Shown here: in pieces, positions 41,697-51,700 of the stretch | How the letters are laid out: the number at the start of each line of letters is the position of its first letter | How positions within the stretch are numbered: position 1 is the stretch's first letter | Assembly (NCBI GenBank): GCA_030765185.1 | Contig: JAVCDE010000024.1 | Location: 187,538-251,537 of the forward strand | Length of the DNA: 64,000 bases | Source: Candidatus Aceula meridiana | Lineage (GTDB): Bacteria > Omnitrophota > Gorgyraeia > Zapsychrales > Aceulaceae | Direction: 5' to 3' | Position numbers and translations under genes: made by a program | Notes under the pieces: model-generated | What the model was told of the DNA's origin: nothing | The model's database searches: none | The model's input: only the letters and a program-made list of their open reading frames with translations

Positions 41697-41725
41697 CCCC
41701 TTTGTCAAAGATAAAGGGGTTTTTT
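41697..41725 (-). terminator. Intrinsic, potentially bidirectional, terminator downstream of the giant gene
   Basis: Minus strand reads AAAAAA-CCCCTTTATCTTTGACAAAGGGG-TTTTTT, a 7-bp G/C stem plus U-tract, 24 nt after the stop at 41749. Confidence 0.6.
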
Positions 41726-41748
41726 CAATTCTTATTTTCTATTTATGA

Positions 41749-44700
41749 TTATTTTAGCAAACTTAACTCTTTTGGCTCGTCGGCTAATATTTCTGCTGTT
41801 TCACTACCGTCATCTCTCTCTTCAATGTTCTGAAATCCTAAAAGCTGAGGCAGCTGCGGCATTGGCATAATATTAATAATCACAGGTACAAGTCCGTCAA
41901 TTTGAATCTGCTCTAAATTCTGCATCTCAAGAGGAAGCGGTACACCTTCCCCATCAATTTTAATATTAAGATCCTTATAAATTCCCGTTAAATCAATACC
42001 ACCGGTCCGCGTTGCTGCCGAAGAATTTTTTTCTTCCTGATTAAACCCTGCAACAATGCGCACAATCGTATCCAAATCTACACTTGACTCTTTGCTTAGC
42101 TCATAGGCAAACATTGCAGCCGTAAATCCGGAAGGTTCAGCAGCACGTCTTTTAATATTATATTTCTTGTATATTTTCTCAACTCCATTTATTTCTTGAT
42201 AAATAATGACTCTTGTGCCTACAAGGTTCTCTGCGCCTTCCTCAAAAGATTTCTCGGCCTGAACTTGCCACTGTGGATGATTCTCAACAGCCTTTTTTTC
42301 TGAAGTCTCTACGGAAGAGCTTACCACTGTCTCACGCAACAGCGCATGGGCAAATCGGCGTCCTTTCTTTTTCTGAGAGACCTCGCTCAGCATAACAAGA
42401 ACAAATAAAAATGGGGCATTGATCTCATGAAAAACTTTCCTATCATTGCCATCTTCTCGAAATAGGATTCTTGTCGGTATTTCACTGCTCATACTGGCAG
42501 GACCTCTTGAGTAATTCCCAATAATCCATTCTAACTCCTCGTTTTCTTCAAGAAGGCCCCAAACATATTCCGGAACCTCAAAACTTTTCTTTTCCAAGAG
42601 ACTATAATTAGAATAAGAAATCAAAGGATCATCAAGATTTGCAATTTGCGCTCTTGCCGCCTGCCACACGTGTTTTATCAAATCATCTGATTCAGATTGC
42701 AAGGCAATCTGTCTATAAAGCTCTCGGGCATAAAGAGGAGCTGCATCCAGGAGTTCTGCCATTACAATATAAAAGTTATCTTTTGTTATCCGATAAAGGC
42801 CCTGTCCACCTGAGGCTTCGATTTCTATAAAATCTCTTGCTTCAAGCTCTTCTTCCGGAAGAGCAGCCCTTTCGCTCTTTTCCTCAAAATACAAATCCCA
42901 AAGAATCGAAATTTTATTGCGGCAAAGAGTTAAGATATTTAATGAGACAGTGTGTTTTCTTTTATTTACAAAGAGCTGGCCGATCCTATCTACTCCTTTT
43001 TTAATTCTAACCTGTATAAGAGGATCCTCAATCTTCTCAATCATCTGTCTTGCCATGGCCGCGCTGCTGATTTTTATCCTGACTTTTTCTTGTGCCTTTA
43101 ACAAAGCTTCTCGATGAGCCTTTACTTGATAAGCCTTTAACAAAGCTTCTCGATAACCGCCTTCAAAAGAAGTTTCTGCACCACTATAAAGCTCTTTCAG
43201 GGTAACAGGCTCTCCAAAAACCTTCTCTAAAATTTTAGTAGCATTTTCCCCTTCATAGTCTTTAGCAAAAACAGGAAGGAGCTCCCCACTAAACTTACCG
43301 TCATCAGACAAAGAGGCGTTCGTCCAAGAAACATCCAGTCTTGCCGAAGCAAATTCTAAAGAATTTATTAAAGCAACAAGTCCCTGGACAACTTTTCTTT
43401 TATTTTCTTTTATTTTTTCTTTATCTGGATTATTCCAATCAACTGCTCTTTTACGCAAAGTTCGAAAAGGCTTTTTCCCTTGTTCAACCCAATCATCATA
43501 GCTTTGCGTGTAGACTCCTCCCTTTTCATCCACATAAATAACAGCATCACTTACCTTATAATTTCCATCCCTTCCTAAATAAAAAGGAAGAGGTCTTTTT
43601 TTAGTAGGAAGGGATAAACTCTGGCTCTCATTTAGAAACGCCTCATCTTCCTTGCTTAAAACAAAAGGTGGGTTTAATTTAAATTTCCCCTTAAAATCAC
43701 TTTCGATAATAACATTATCGCCGATATCCACATCCGTTAAATCAAGCTGCCCTTTTCTAACAACTCTAGCATATTGCGCCAACTTTTCTTGCTCTTCTTT
43801 GTTTAGTTCGGCAAATCCAAGACTATAGCGGTCTTTAAAATAGGCAGGATTAATGTTTTTACCAACCTCGTCCCTTGCTTCATCAATTACAATATCTAAA
43901 TCTACTCCTGTATCAATTCCAATAGCTTCAAAAAAGGAAAGTATATCTTCCATAGGAATATTTCCAACCTGATGTGCAGCTTTGGGCGATCCTCCTTGGT
44001 TAAGCAAGCTTACATCTATTTCTCTTATACCTGCAACAATCGCAGCTAAAACGTTAACGATCCCCTGTTCAGAATCAGTATGACCATGATAGGTAAAGCG
44101 AATTTCTCCTCTTTCAATCTCTTTTCTAAAATGCTTAAAAATCTTTCTTATAGCTTTAGAGGTTTCTTGGGCTGTTGCCTCACCCGTCGTATCACTTAAC
44201 GCAAAGACCTTAATGCCCGCCTTTTTATGCATTGTTTCAATCATTGGGATAATATCATCCTCAATGCTAATCTCTTCCTTCTCTCCTTTATCATTTGTAT
44301 AACCCCAAACATTGCTCAAATAACAAAGTGTTTCGACATCTATGCCTAAAAGTTTATTTTGCTCGTTAACATACCTAAACGAATCTTTTGTTGGATCATA
44401 GCTTTCTAAATTACCAGGCTCAGAATAACCGGCAAGCTTATAGAAAAAATCTAAAGGATTGTTCTCGCCTACGTTGGATTTGGCATATCCTTTTGCTGCC
44501 TGAATATTAATAGCGATGCGTGCCAAGCCAGGGTCGTCTTCAAAAATACGCATAATCTGATTTAAACTAAAAGCCAAATAACCTCTTTTAATACCAGTGT
44601 CTTTATGTTTAGTATAAAGTTTTTTTGCTAAAGACCGCGCATGTATATTAATCGGAATAACCTTTTCATGAACATAAGAAACAGGCTCAATACGATTAGT

Positions 44701-47700
44701 TACAAGATTTCCTTTGGCGTCATAGCGTTTACGCGCAGAAAAAGCCCGAATGAGAGCATCTGTAATCTTAAACAGGGCTTCCTCGGTGATAACGTCTTCT
44801 TTTTTCAACATCTGAAAGGATTCCCGCGGAACCGCATTAAAAGCAATCGGATCATTTTTAGCGATCTCAATAATTTCTGCAAGATTAATCCCATTTTCAT
44901 TAATTAAGCGGATAAGCTTATCTAGATTTCTTTTGGCTGTCGGATAATCAATGTTGAGAATCTTATTCTTTGCAGTAGAAGATGCTTTGGCATAAAAAAC
45001 AATGACCTTGCCCTTACCTTGGAGGGTAATCACATGGGCATGGACTGCATCGATTTCTTCGTCTTCAAAATCCTTTCTTAAAAGATGGATAGTGCCGTCA
45101 GGTCTTAAAATGCTATTAAAATCTTCTTCAACAATATCTTCGTGGTCAACAACCTGAATATATTCGCCGCTTTGAGGCTTAAAAATTTGTTCTAACCCCT
45201 CCGCATCTTTGATAATGACATAGTGATAATCAACTGTTATATCAAAAACATCTTTAATTGTTTTTCTTAAATTTTTCTCACTTTCGTTAGAAAACCGAGC
45301 GCTATTCTCTTTCGATCTCGTTAAATCAAGGAGAAACTTTCTTAAGTCGTCTATAGATTGATATGCCGCAGGTTTTTCCATTTCAATCTCTTCAGTATCA
45401 GCCGATCCTCTCCTTGCAAGGCTCCAGAAACCGTCTTTTTTCAAAAAACCAATTAGCCCTTCCTCTTTAGTTTTCACACCGAAACCTTGTAAAGCAGAAG
45501 GCCAATCTTTAGAATCTAGCCCCTCATTATTTTCTCCGTAAACTTTTTCAATTGTTAAATGTCCTTTAAAAGCATTCTTAGCCGCCGAATAAACCTCTTT
45601 CGCCGGGACATTGTCTGCAAAGCTGGGGATGGTGATTGAGGAGGAAGAGACCCATAAAGCGAGGGAATACTCATCTTCAGTTGCAACCGGCATTACCTCG
45701 CTGCCTTTGAATTTGCTAGCCAAAGTTAAAAGATTCGACTGAACAGCTGCAATCAAGTCAGGTGATTTTTCTTTATTGCTCTGGATCACTTTGACCAAGA
45801 CACCTTTTTGTTTCTTGCCGTTAACTTCTCGTATAAAAGGCTTAGCTTCAATAGAAAAATCATAGTTCGGCTTTAATTCTAAGCTTATATCCTGATTCAT
45901 AAATTCACGCACAAGCGTTTCGACTTTCTTCACAACAGAAGAGCTCGTCTTTAGCCCAGAGATTTGCACAACCTGCCATTTATTATTATCTTCCGATAGG
46001 GGACGAATCTTGACAAACTGGCTTGAATATCCGCTAAAAAATACTGTTATTTCCTTAATGTCATCACTTCCATCAAGCTCAGGCCAAACATCTTCTATCC
46101 CATCTTTGGCATTTCCAAACGAAAAATCTAACGTTTCACCATCGTCAAAAGTAGCAACAACCTTACGAGGCAGAACTTTAGGATAGGCATCAGCGATATG
46201 CTGCAAAATTTCGCTTCCGTCTTTTTCGATTATCTCTTTTACTCGCAACCCCGAACTCGACCTTGAGAAAACAGCAACTTTACCGCCGGCTTCAAGAATA
46301 TAAGATGTCAAAGAAACTTTTTGGCTCTCTCTTTTTTCGCGAATTGCAGCAATATCTACGGGAGCTAAATTTGATTCATGGAAAACAGGAACGCCCTGAT
46401 TTTGAAACCTAAGCAAAGCTTCCTTAATTGCGGATGGAGTTTGATAGGTTCTTTCTCTCCGGCCTATGCTTAAAGGGATTCTAGAGCTTTTTCTTAAAGG
46501 GATTCTAGAGCTTTTTTTATAAGAAATTTTAAAAGCTTTAATTGCCTCTGCACTCGGGCTGTAATTTTGTCCGTTTCTTGTTTTAATAATCTTTTTAAAA
46601 TGATCAGGAGGTAGGCTTTCAGCTCCAACAACTCTCGTTGGCCCGGTAAACACTACTTTTTCTTTAAAATTATTTCTTTTCTTTCGGACAATATTCTTTC
46701 TTTGTTCTAAAGTCGCAAACGCGGCATTAGTAATCTTCTTTATTTTTTCAGAAAAATTGTTCCAATAAAACTTAATCCCGCCGGAAAAATATTTACGAGG
46801 GAGATTTTTGTTCGTGTAAGGGTCATATTCAGCTTTAATATAGTTGTAGGCACCTTGCTTGTAGGCCTCAAGGTATTTTTGGTAAATAACTTCTTTTCCT
46901 TCTTGTTCACTTACTAAATCAATTCCTTTAGTCCTATTTTTATCAACATAGGCTTGGCCCAAAAGGCTTGTCTTGGCGGCTTGCTTAAACCACGCGGCAA
47001 GAATAAGCGAATGATAAATCTGGCGCAAAGGTGCAAAGTTGCGGCCAAAATTAACTTCTTTTTCCAGCTCGGGAATAACGATTTCACGGACAATCGCCGA
47101 AGAGACAGCGCTTGTTTTTTCAATCTCTGATTTTTCTATTTGATTGGTTGCAATATCTTTTCGCCCTTGATTTTCTTGTAAGGCCAGATAGTCTTCCTCC
47201 AGCATAACCTTTAAAGAACTCTCTGCCACGAAAACCATATTGTCATGCTCATAAACTGCAACTTCATCCGGCATAATCCACACCTTATTAAAGGTGTTGA
47301 TTGGAATTTCTGTTGTGCCAAAGGTCTCATATGCCTTTTTATAAATTTTCTCCCAAAATTTCCTTCCAAGATCGTTCTCAGGGTAGATAAGTGATGCGGT
47401 AATTTGCTTTAAAAGATAATCCTGGGCGAGCATGTCACGACCCATTTCTGTTTTGCCAAAATCATCAGCAACAATGCGGTCTTTTTCATAGGGAGAAAGA
47501 TTGACCCAGAGGTCTTCTTCGGGGGTGGTTAATGACGCTAAGAAATAACGGATCATCTTTTCAGATTCAGATTTAAAAGCTTGTCCCTCAAGCCCATCAT
47601 CGCCGCTATTGACGATAAAATCAAACTCAAAAGGATTGTTTGGGTGAATTTGAATGCCTGTAATAATGGCTGGCTGGTAAGATGTGCTTAATGGCACCAT

Positions 47701-47838
47701 GGTTCCCGGAGCTGGCAGCTGCAACATTTGTGCAAATCCAGTTGATGGCAAGACAATATTGGTCAAAAATACGAAACAAACAAGAAAGGAAACAGTCTTG
47801 GCGCAACGGCCTTTCTTGCTGCGATGAAGCGATGGCAT
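41749..47838 (-). CDS. Giant (2029 aa) signal-peptide-bearing protein of unknown function. It has a conserved N-terminal module shared with the paralog at 1..952 and an internal HMGL-like (DRE-TIM) half-barrel.
   Basis: Uninterrupted 6090-nt ORF. Signal-peptide-like N-terminus (KTVSFLVCFVFLTNIVLPSTGFAQ). Residues ~1180-1330 line up with LeuA motifs (DTTG, YHGHTD, GNIPMEDI). Rho-independent terminator downstream. Confidence 0.7.
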   Translation of the reverse strand: MPSLHRSKKGRCAKTVSFLVCFVFLTNIVLPSTGFAQMLQLPAPGTMVPLSTSYQPAIITGIQIHPNNPFEFDFIVNSGDDGLEGQAFKSESEKMIRYFLASLTTPEEDLWVNLSPYEKDRIVADDFGKTEMGRDMLAQDYLLKQITASLIYPENDLGRKFWEKIYKKAYETFGTTEIPINTFNKVWIMPDEVAVYEHDNMVFVAESSLKVMLEEDYLALQENQGRKDIATNQIEKSEIEKTSAVSSAIVREIVIPELEKEVNFGRNFAPLRQIYHSLILAAWFKQAAKTSLLGQAYVDKNRTKGIDLVSEQEGKEVIYQKYLEAYKQGAYNYIKAEYDPYTNKNLPRKYFSGGIKFYWNNFSEKIKKITNAAFATLEQRKNIVRKKRNNFKEKVVFTGPTRVVGAESLPPDHFKKIIKTRNGQNYSPSAEAIKAFKISYKKSSRIPLRKSSRIPLSIGRRERTYQTPSAIKEALLRFQNQGVPVFHESNLAPVDIAAIREKRESQKVSLTSYILEAGGKVAVFSRSSSGLRVKEIIEKDGSEILQHIADAYPKVLPRKVVATFDDGETLDFSFGNAKDGIEDVWPELDGSDDIKEITVFFSGYSSQFVKIRPLSEDNNKWQVVQISGLKTSSSVVKKVETLVREFMNQDISLELKPNYDFSIEAKPFIREVNGKKQKGVLVKVIQSNKEKSPDLIAAVQSNLLTLASKFKGSEVMPVATEDEYSLALWVSSSSITIPSFADNVPAKEVYSAAKNAFKGHLTIEKVYGENNEGLDSKDWPSALQGFGVKTKEEGLIGFLKKDGFWSLARRGSADTEEIEMEKPAAYQSIDDLRKFLLDLTRSKENSARFSNESEKNLRKTIKDVFDITVDYHYVIIKDAEGLEQIFKPQSGEYIQVVDHEDIVEEDFNSILRPDGTIHLLRKDFEDEEIDAVHAHVITLQGKGKVIVFYAKASSTAKNKILNIDYPTAKRNLDKLIRLINENGINLAEIIEIAKNDPIAFNAVPRESFQMLKKEDVITEEALFKITDALIRAFSARKRYDAKGNLVTNRIEPVSYVHEKVIPINIHARSLAKKLYTKHKDTGIKRGYLAFSLNQIMRIFEDDPGLARIAINIQAAKGYAKSNVGENNPLDFFYKLAGYSEPGNLESYDPTKDSFRYVNEQNKLLGIDVETLCYLSNVWGYTNDKGEKEEISIEDDIIPMIETMHKKAGIKVFALSDTTGEATAQETSKAIRKIFKHFRKEIERGEIRFTYHGHTDSEQGIVNVLAAIVAGIREIDVSLLNQGGSPKAAHQVGNIPMEDILSFFEAIGIDTGVDLDIVIDEARDEVGKNINPAYFKDRYSLGFAELNKEEQEKLAQYARVVRKGQLDLTDVDIGDNVIIESDFKGKFKLNPPFVLSKEDEAFLNESQSLSLPTKKRPLPFYLGRDGNYKVSDAVIYVDEKGGVYTQSYDDWVEQGKKPFRTLRKRAVDWNNPDKEKIKENKRKVVQGLVALINSLEFASARLDVSWTNASLSDDGKFSGELLPVFAKDYEGENATKILEKVFGEPVTLKELYSGAETSFEGGYREALLKAYQVKAHREALLKAQEKVRIKISSAAMARQMIEKIEDPLIQVRIKKGVDRIGQLFVNKRKHTVSLNILTLCRNKISILWDLYFEEKSERAALPEEELEARDFIEIEASGGQGLYRITKDNFYIVMAELLDAAPLYARELYRQIALQSESDDLIKHVWQAARAQIANLDDPLISYSNYSLLEKKSFEVPEYVWGLLEENEELEWIIGNYSRGPASMSSEIPTRILFREDGNDRKVFHEINAPFLFVLVMLSEVSQKKKGRRFAHALLRETVVSSSVETSEKKAVENHPQWQVQAEKSFEEGAENLVGTRVIIYQEINGVEKIYKKYNIKRRAAEPSGFTAAMFAYELSKESSVDLDTIVRIVAGFNQEEKNSSAATRTGGIDLTGIYKDLNIKIDGEGVPLPLEMQNLEQIQIDGLVPVIINIMPMPQLPQLLGFQNIEERDDGSETAEILADEPKELSLLK
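46469..46516 (-). repeat. In-frame 24-bp tandem duplication inside the giant gene
   Basis: CTTAAAGGGATTCTAGAGCTTTTT occurs twice, encoding (K/R)KSSRIPL twice. Confidence 0.7.
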
Positions 47839-47943
47839 AAGGAAAACCCTTCTTTTTCTTCGTGGCTGGTTAACTATTTAAAATTTAGGAAATACAATAT
47901 GTTATTGCAAGAGAGCGTTTTCGATCAAAACGCTTTTTACAAA

Positions 47944-47970
47944 GATAGCATACCCCTAAGTAATTACAAG
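47944..47970 (-). promoter_or_regulatory. Conserved upstream box plus covarying hairpin (47914..47932), shared with 1207..1233
   Basis: See the feature at 1207..1233. Here the box lies ~106 nt upstream of the giant gene start. Confidence 0.35.
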
Positions 47971-48084
47971 TCCTTTGGCCCATAGTAAAGATGACGCAAC
48001 ATACTGTTAGGTATGAACTTACAATCTTAATAAAATATTTCTAGGAATTTAATAGAAATTTAACTTTTTGGAGGAAGAATTGCC

Positions 48085-48756
48085 CTAGAAAAGCAGAATT
48101 CCCTGAAAAAGAAAGTATCCTGCGGCTATAAATAAAATGGCAGCTGAGGCCTGTTTGACTCGCAAAAGCCATCTACCAGATTTTGGAAGGCGTGCCAAAA
48201 ATCCTGAAAACGTCCCTGCTAAAATAAGTGAGAACCCAACTCCATAGGCAAACACAAACAATAAACTTATAGCATGAAAAAGGTTCTGTTTTGAGCTTAC
48301 ATATAAAAGAAGTGTTCCTAAGACCGGCGCTGTACAAGGGCCCACGACAAACCCAGAAACCATGCCAAACAAAAACACAGCTATAAAACCCTTAGGTCGA
48401 ATTCTGTTCTGAAGTTTAGCACCAACAACCGGAAATGGAATGATGTTGAGCATGATAAGCCCAAAAACAACCAAAACACAGGCAACAACAATAAAAATAT
48501 AAGGATTATTTTGAAGCTGTCCAAATAATTGGCCGGTTAAAACCGCAATCGCGCCGAGAGCGCTATAGGTTATTGCCATGCCAAGAACATAAATGCACGA
48601 AAGAAAAAATCCTACCCTCTTCGTGCCTTGAGCATTTGCGCCGGCGATAAATCCGGCAATGATGGGAATGACTGGATAGACGCAAGGGGTGAAACTAACC
48701 ATCACCCCCGCGCCTAAAACAATAAAGTAATCTAAAAAATTTCCGGAAAGCTCCAT
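48085..48756 (-). CDS. ccdA: CcdA/DsbD-family thiol-disulfide transporter (cytochrome c biogenesis-type)
   Basis: Six TMs with FTPCVYPVIP and a second conserved Cys (GPCTAPVLG). Confidence 0.75.
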   Translation of the reverse strand: MELSGNFLDYFIVLGAGVMVSFTPCVYPVIPIIAGFIAGANAQGTKRVGFFLSCIYVLGMAITYSALGAIAVLTGQLFGQLQNNPYIFIVVACVLVVFGLIMLNIIPFPVVGAKLQNRIRPKGFIAVFLFGMVSGFVVGPCTAPVLGTLLLYVSSKQNLFHAISLLFVFAYGVGFSLILAGTFSGFLARLPKSGRWLLRVKQASAAILFIAAGYFLFQGILLF

Positions 48757-48787
48757 AGCGTGATTATCTTATCACTCTTTCCTTAGC

Positions 48788-51700
48788 TTATCCTTCTTTT
48801 TGTTTCGGTGTAAACGCCTCTGAAGCCATGGCTTGATAAATAGCCCAGCGTTCGTCCACGTCTTGTTGCGCAAGTCCAAAAAGCATTTTTGCTCGCTCAG
48901 GATCAGCTTTCATCAAACTTCTGAAACGGTTTTCTTTTAACGCGTATTCTTCAAAAGTCATCTTAGGAGCTTGAGAGTCCATAATTAAAGGATTCTTCCC
49001 CTCGTCTTTAAGAAGCGGGTTAAAACGAAATAGTGGCCAATAACCACAGTTCACAGCATCTTTTTGATACTGAAGCCCACAGCCCATATCAATACCATGG
49101 GCGATGCAATGACTATAAGCAATAACCAAAGATGGGCCAGGATAATGTTCAGCTTCTAAAAGTGCTTTAACAGTATGCTCGTCTCGGGCACCGATGGCAA
49201 CATTAGCAACGTACACATTGCCATAGCTCATAATCATGCGTGCTAAATCTTTTTTAGGCGCCGGCTTTCCAGCTGCAGCAAATTTGGCGATAGCACCTCG
49301 AGGTGTTGCCTTTGACATCTGTCCTCCGGTGTTTGAGTAAACTTCAGTATCTAAAACTAAGAAGTTAACATCAAAACCAGATGCTAAAACGTGATCAAGC
49401 CCGCCGTATCCGATATCATAGGCCCATCCGTCTCCACCCATAATCCAAACACTCTTTTTAACAAGCGTATCAGCAACGGACATAAGTTGAATTGCTTCAG
49501 GAGACTTATCGTCTTTTATTTTTTCCTTAAGCGTTTCAACACGCTCTCGTTGCTCAAAGATATCAGGCTCTTCGATCTGATTAGCTTCAATAATAGCCTT
49601 AGTTAAATCGCCTCCGATTTTACCCTCAAGCTTTTTAACAAGTTCGCAGGCGTATTGTTTTTGCTTATCAATAGCTAGCCTGAATCCAAGACCAAACTCA
49701 GCGTTGTCTTCAAAAAGCGAATTAGACCATGCAGGACCTTTGCCTTGAGCATTTTTAGACCAAGGTGTTGTCGGCAAGTTGCCACCATAAATAGATGAAC
49801 AACCCGTTGCATTAGCCACAACCATACGGTCTCCAAAAAGCTGACTGACTAAACGAACATAAGGTGTTTCACCACATCCAGCGCACGCGCCTGAGAATTC
49901 AAATAATGGTTCAAGGAATTGTGCTCCACGGACATTTGTCTTTATTTTGCTGCGATCAATGCGAGGAATCTTGCAGAAAAATTCCCAATTTTTAACTTCT
50001 TTTTCACGCAAAGGTGGCTGCGAATGCATATTGATTGCTTTAAGCTCTGGGTTTTCCTTGCTCTTGGCAGGACATGCTGTAACACAAAGTCCACAACCTG
50101 TACAATCTTCCGGCGCAACCTGAAGAGTAAACTCATTGCCGGCTAAATCTTTATCTTTCGCTGGAATGTGTTTAAAAGTCTCTGGTGCCCCTTCGAGGCC
50201 TTTAGGATCATAAACCTTAGCACGAATAACTGCGTGTGGACACACAACTGAACACTTTCCGCACTGAATACAAATATCTTTTTCCCAAACAGGAATCTGC
50301 AAAGCAATATTGCGTTTTTCCCATTGCGTTGTTGCCGTCGGGAACGTTCCGTCAATTGGAAAAACACTAACAGGTAAATCATCGCCACAGGCTTGCATAA
50401 TCTTAGCTGTAACATTTTGTACAAACTCCGGGGCTTGAGCGGAAACCGCAGGTGGCATATCAATGGTGCTTGTGACTTTATCCGGATATTCAATCTGGTT
50501 CATATTTTCAATGGCCTTATCAACAGCGTTGAAATTCATCTGAACGACTTCTTCGCCTTTTTTACCATAAGCTTTTTTAATAGCTTTTTTAATCTCTTCG
50601 ATTGCTTGTTCTTTTGGAAGAACGCCTGATATCGCAAAGAAACATGTTTGCATAATCGTGTTGATGCGTCCGCCCATGCCTGCCTCTTCGGCGACTTTAT
50701 AAGCATCGATGGCATAAAATTTTATTTTCTTATCAATAATTTGCTGCTGAACCGGCTTTGGAAGATTATCCCAAACTTCATCTTTTCCATAATAACTATT
50801 AAGAAGAAAAACGCCTTCCTGATCAATATGCTTTAGAATGTTATATTTCTCAACAAAAACAAACTGATGACATCCCAAGAAATTAGCACGTGATATCAAA
50901 TACGGTGAATGAATAGGTTCTGGTCCAAAACGCAAATGCGATACGGTCATAGCCCCGGCTTTTTTCGAGTCGTAAACAAAGTAACCTTGTGCATAATTTG
51001 GCGTATTCTCACCGATAATCTTAATCGAATTCTTGTTAGCTCCAACGGTTCCATCAGACCCTAGTCCGTAAAAAACAGCTCGCACGCCTTTAGGATTTTC
51101 CGTTGAGAAATTTGGATCATATTCTAAAGATGTCTTGGTGACATCGTCATTAATACCAAGCGTGAAATGATTTTTAGGAGCATCTTTAGTCATTTCGTCT
51201 AAAAGGCCTTTGATCATAGCCGGAGTAAACTCTTTCGAAGACAATCCGTAGCGGCCGCCAATAACCTTTGGTAAAGTTTTAAATTTCGCAGCACCACCTT
51301 CAACTAATGCATCGATAACATCTAAATAAAGAGGCTCAGATGCACCTGGCTCTTTTGTTCTATCTAAGACACCAATGGTCTTTGTCGTTGCAGGCAAAGC
51401 GTCAACAAGATGCTTAATTGAAAATGGTCGATAAAGTCTAACTTTCATAACGCCAACTTTCTCGCCTTGGCTCGTAAGATATTCAATAGTTTCTTGAGCT
51501 GTCTCAACGCCGGAACCCATTAGCACAATAACGCGTTCGGCATCTTTAGCGCCAAAGTATTGAAAGAGCTCGTATTTTCGCCCTGTTATTTTTTCAAATT
51601 TCTGCATAGCCTTTTCGACGATGCCGGCGCACTTATTATAGTAAGGATTGACCGTTTCACGGGCTTGAAAAAAGACATCTGGATTCTGAGCAGTTCCGCG

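Noticed and set aside
46440-46530. Possible CRISPR-like or mini-satellite repeat
   Set aside because: Only two copies are present, it is in frame inside a long ORF, and there are no spacers. I interpret it as a coding tandem duplication, not a CRISPR array. No CRISPR array was found anywhere in the window.
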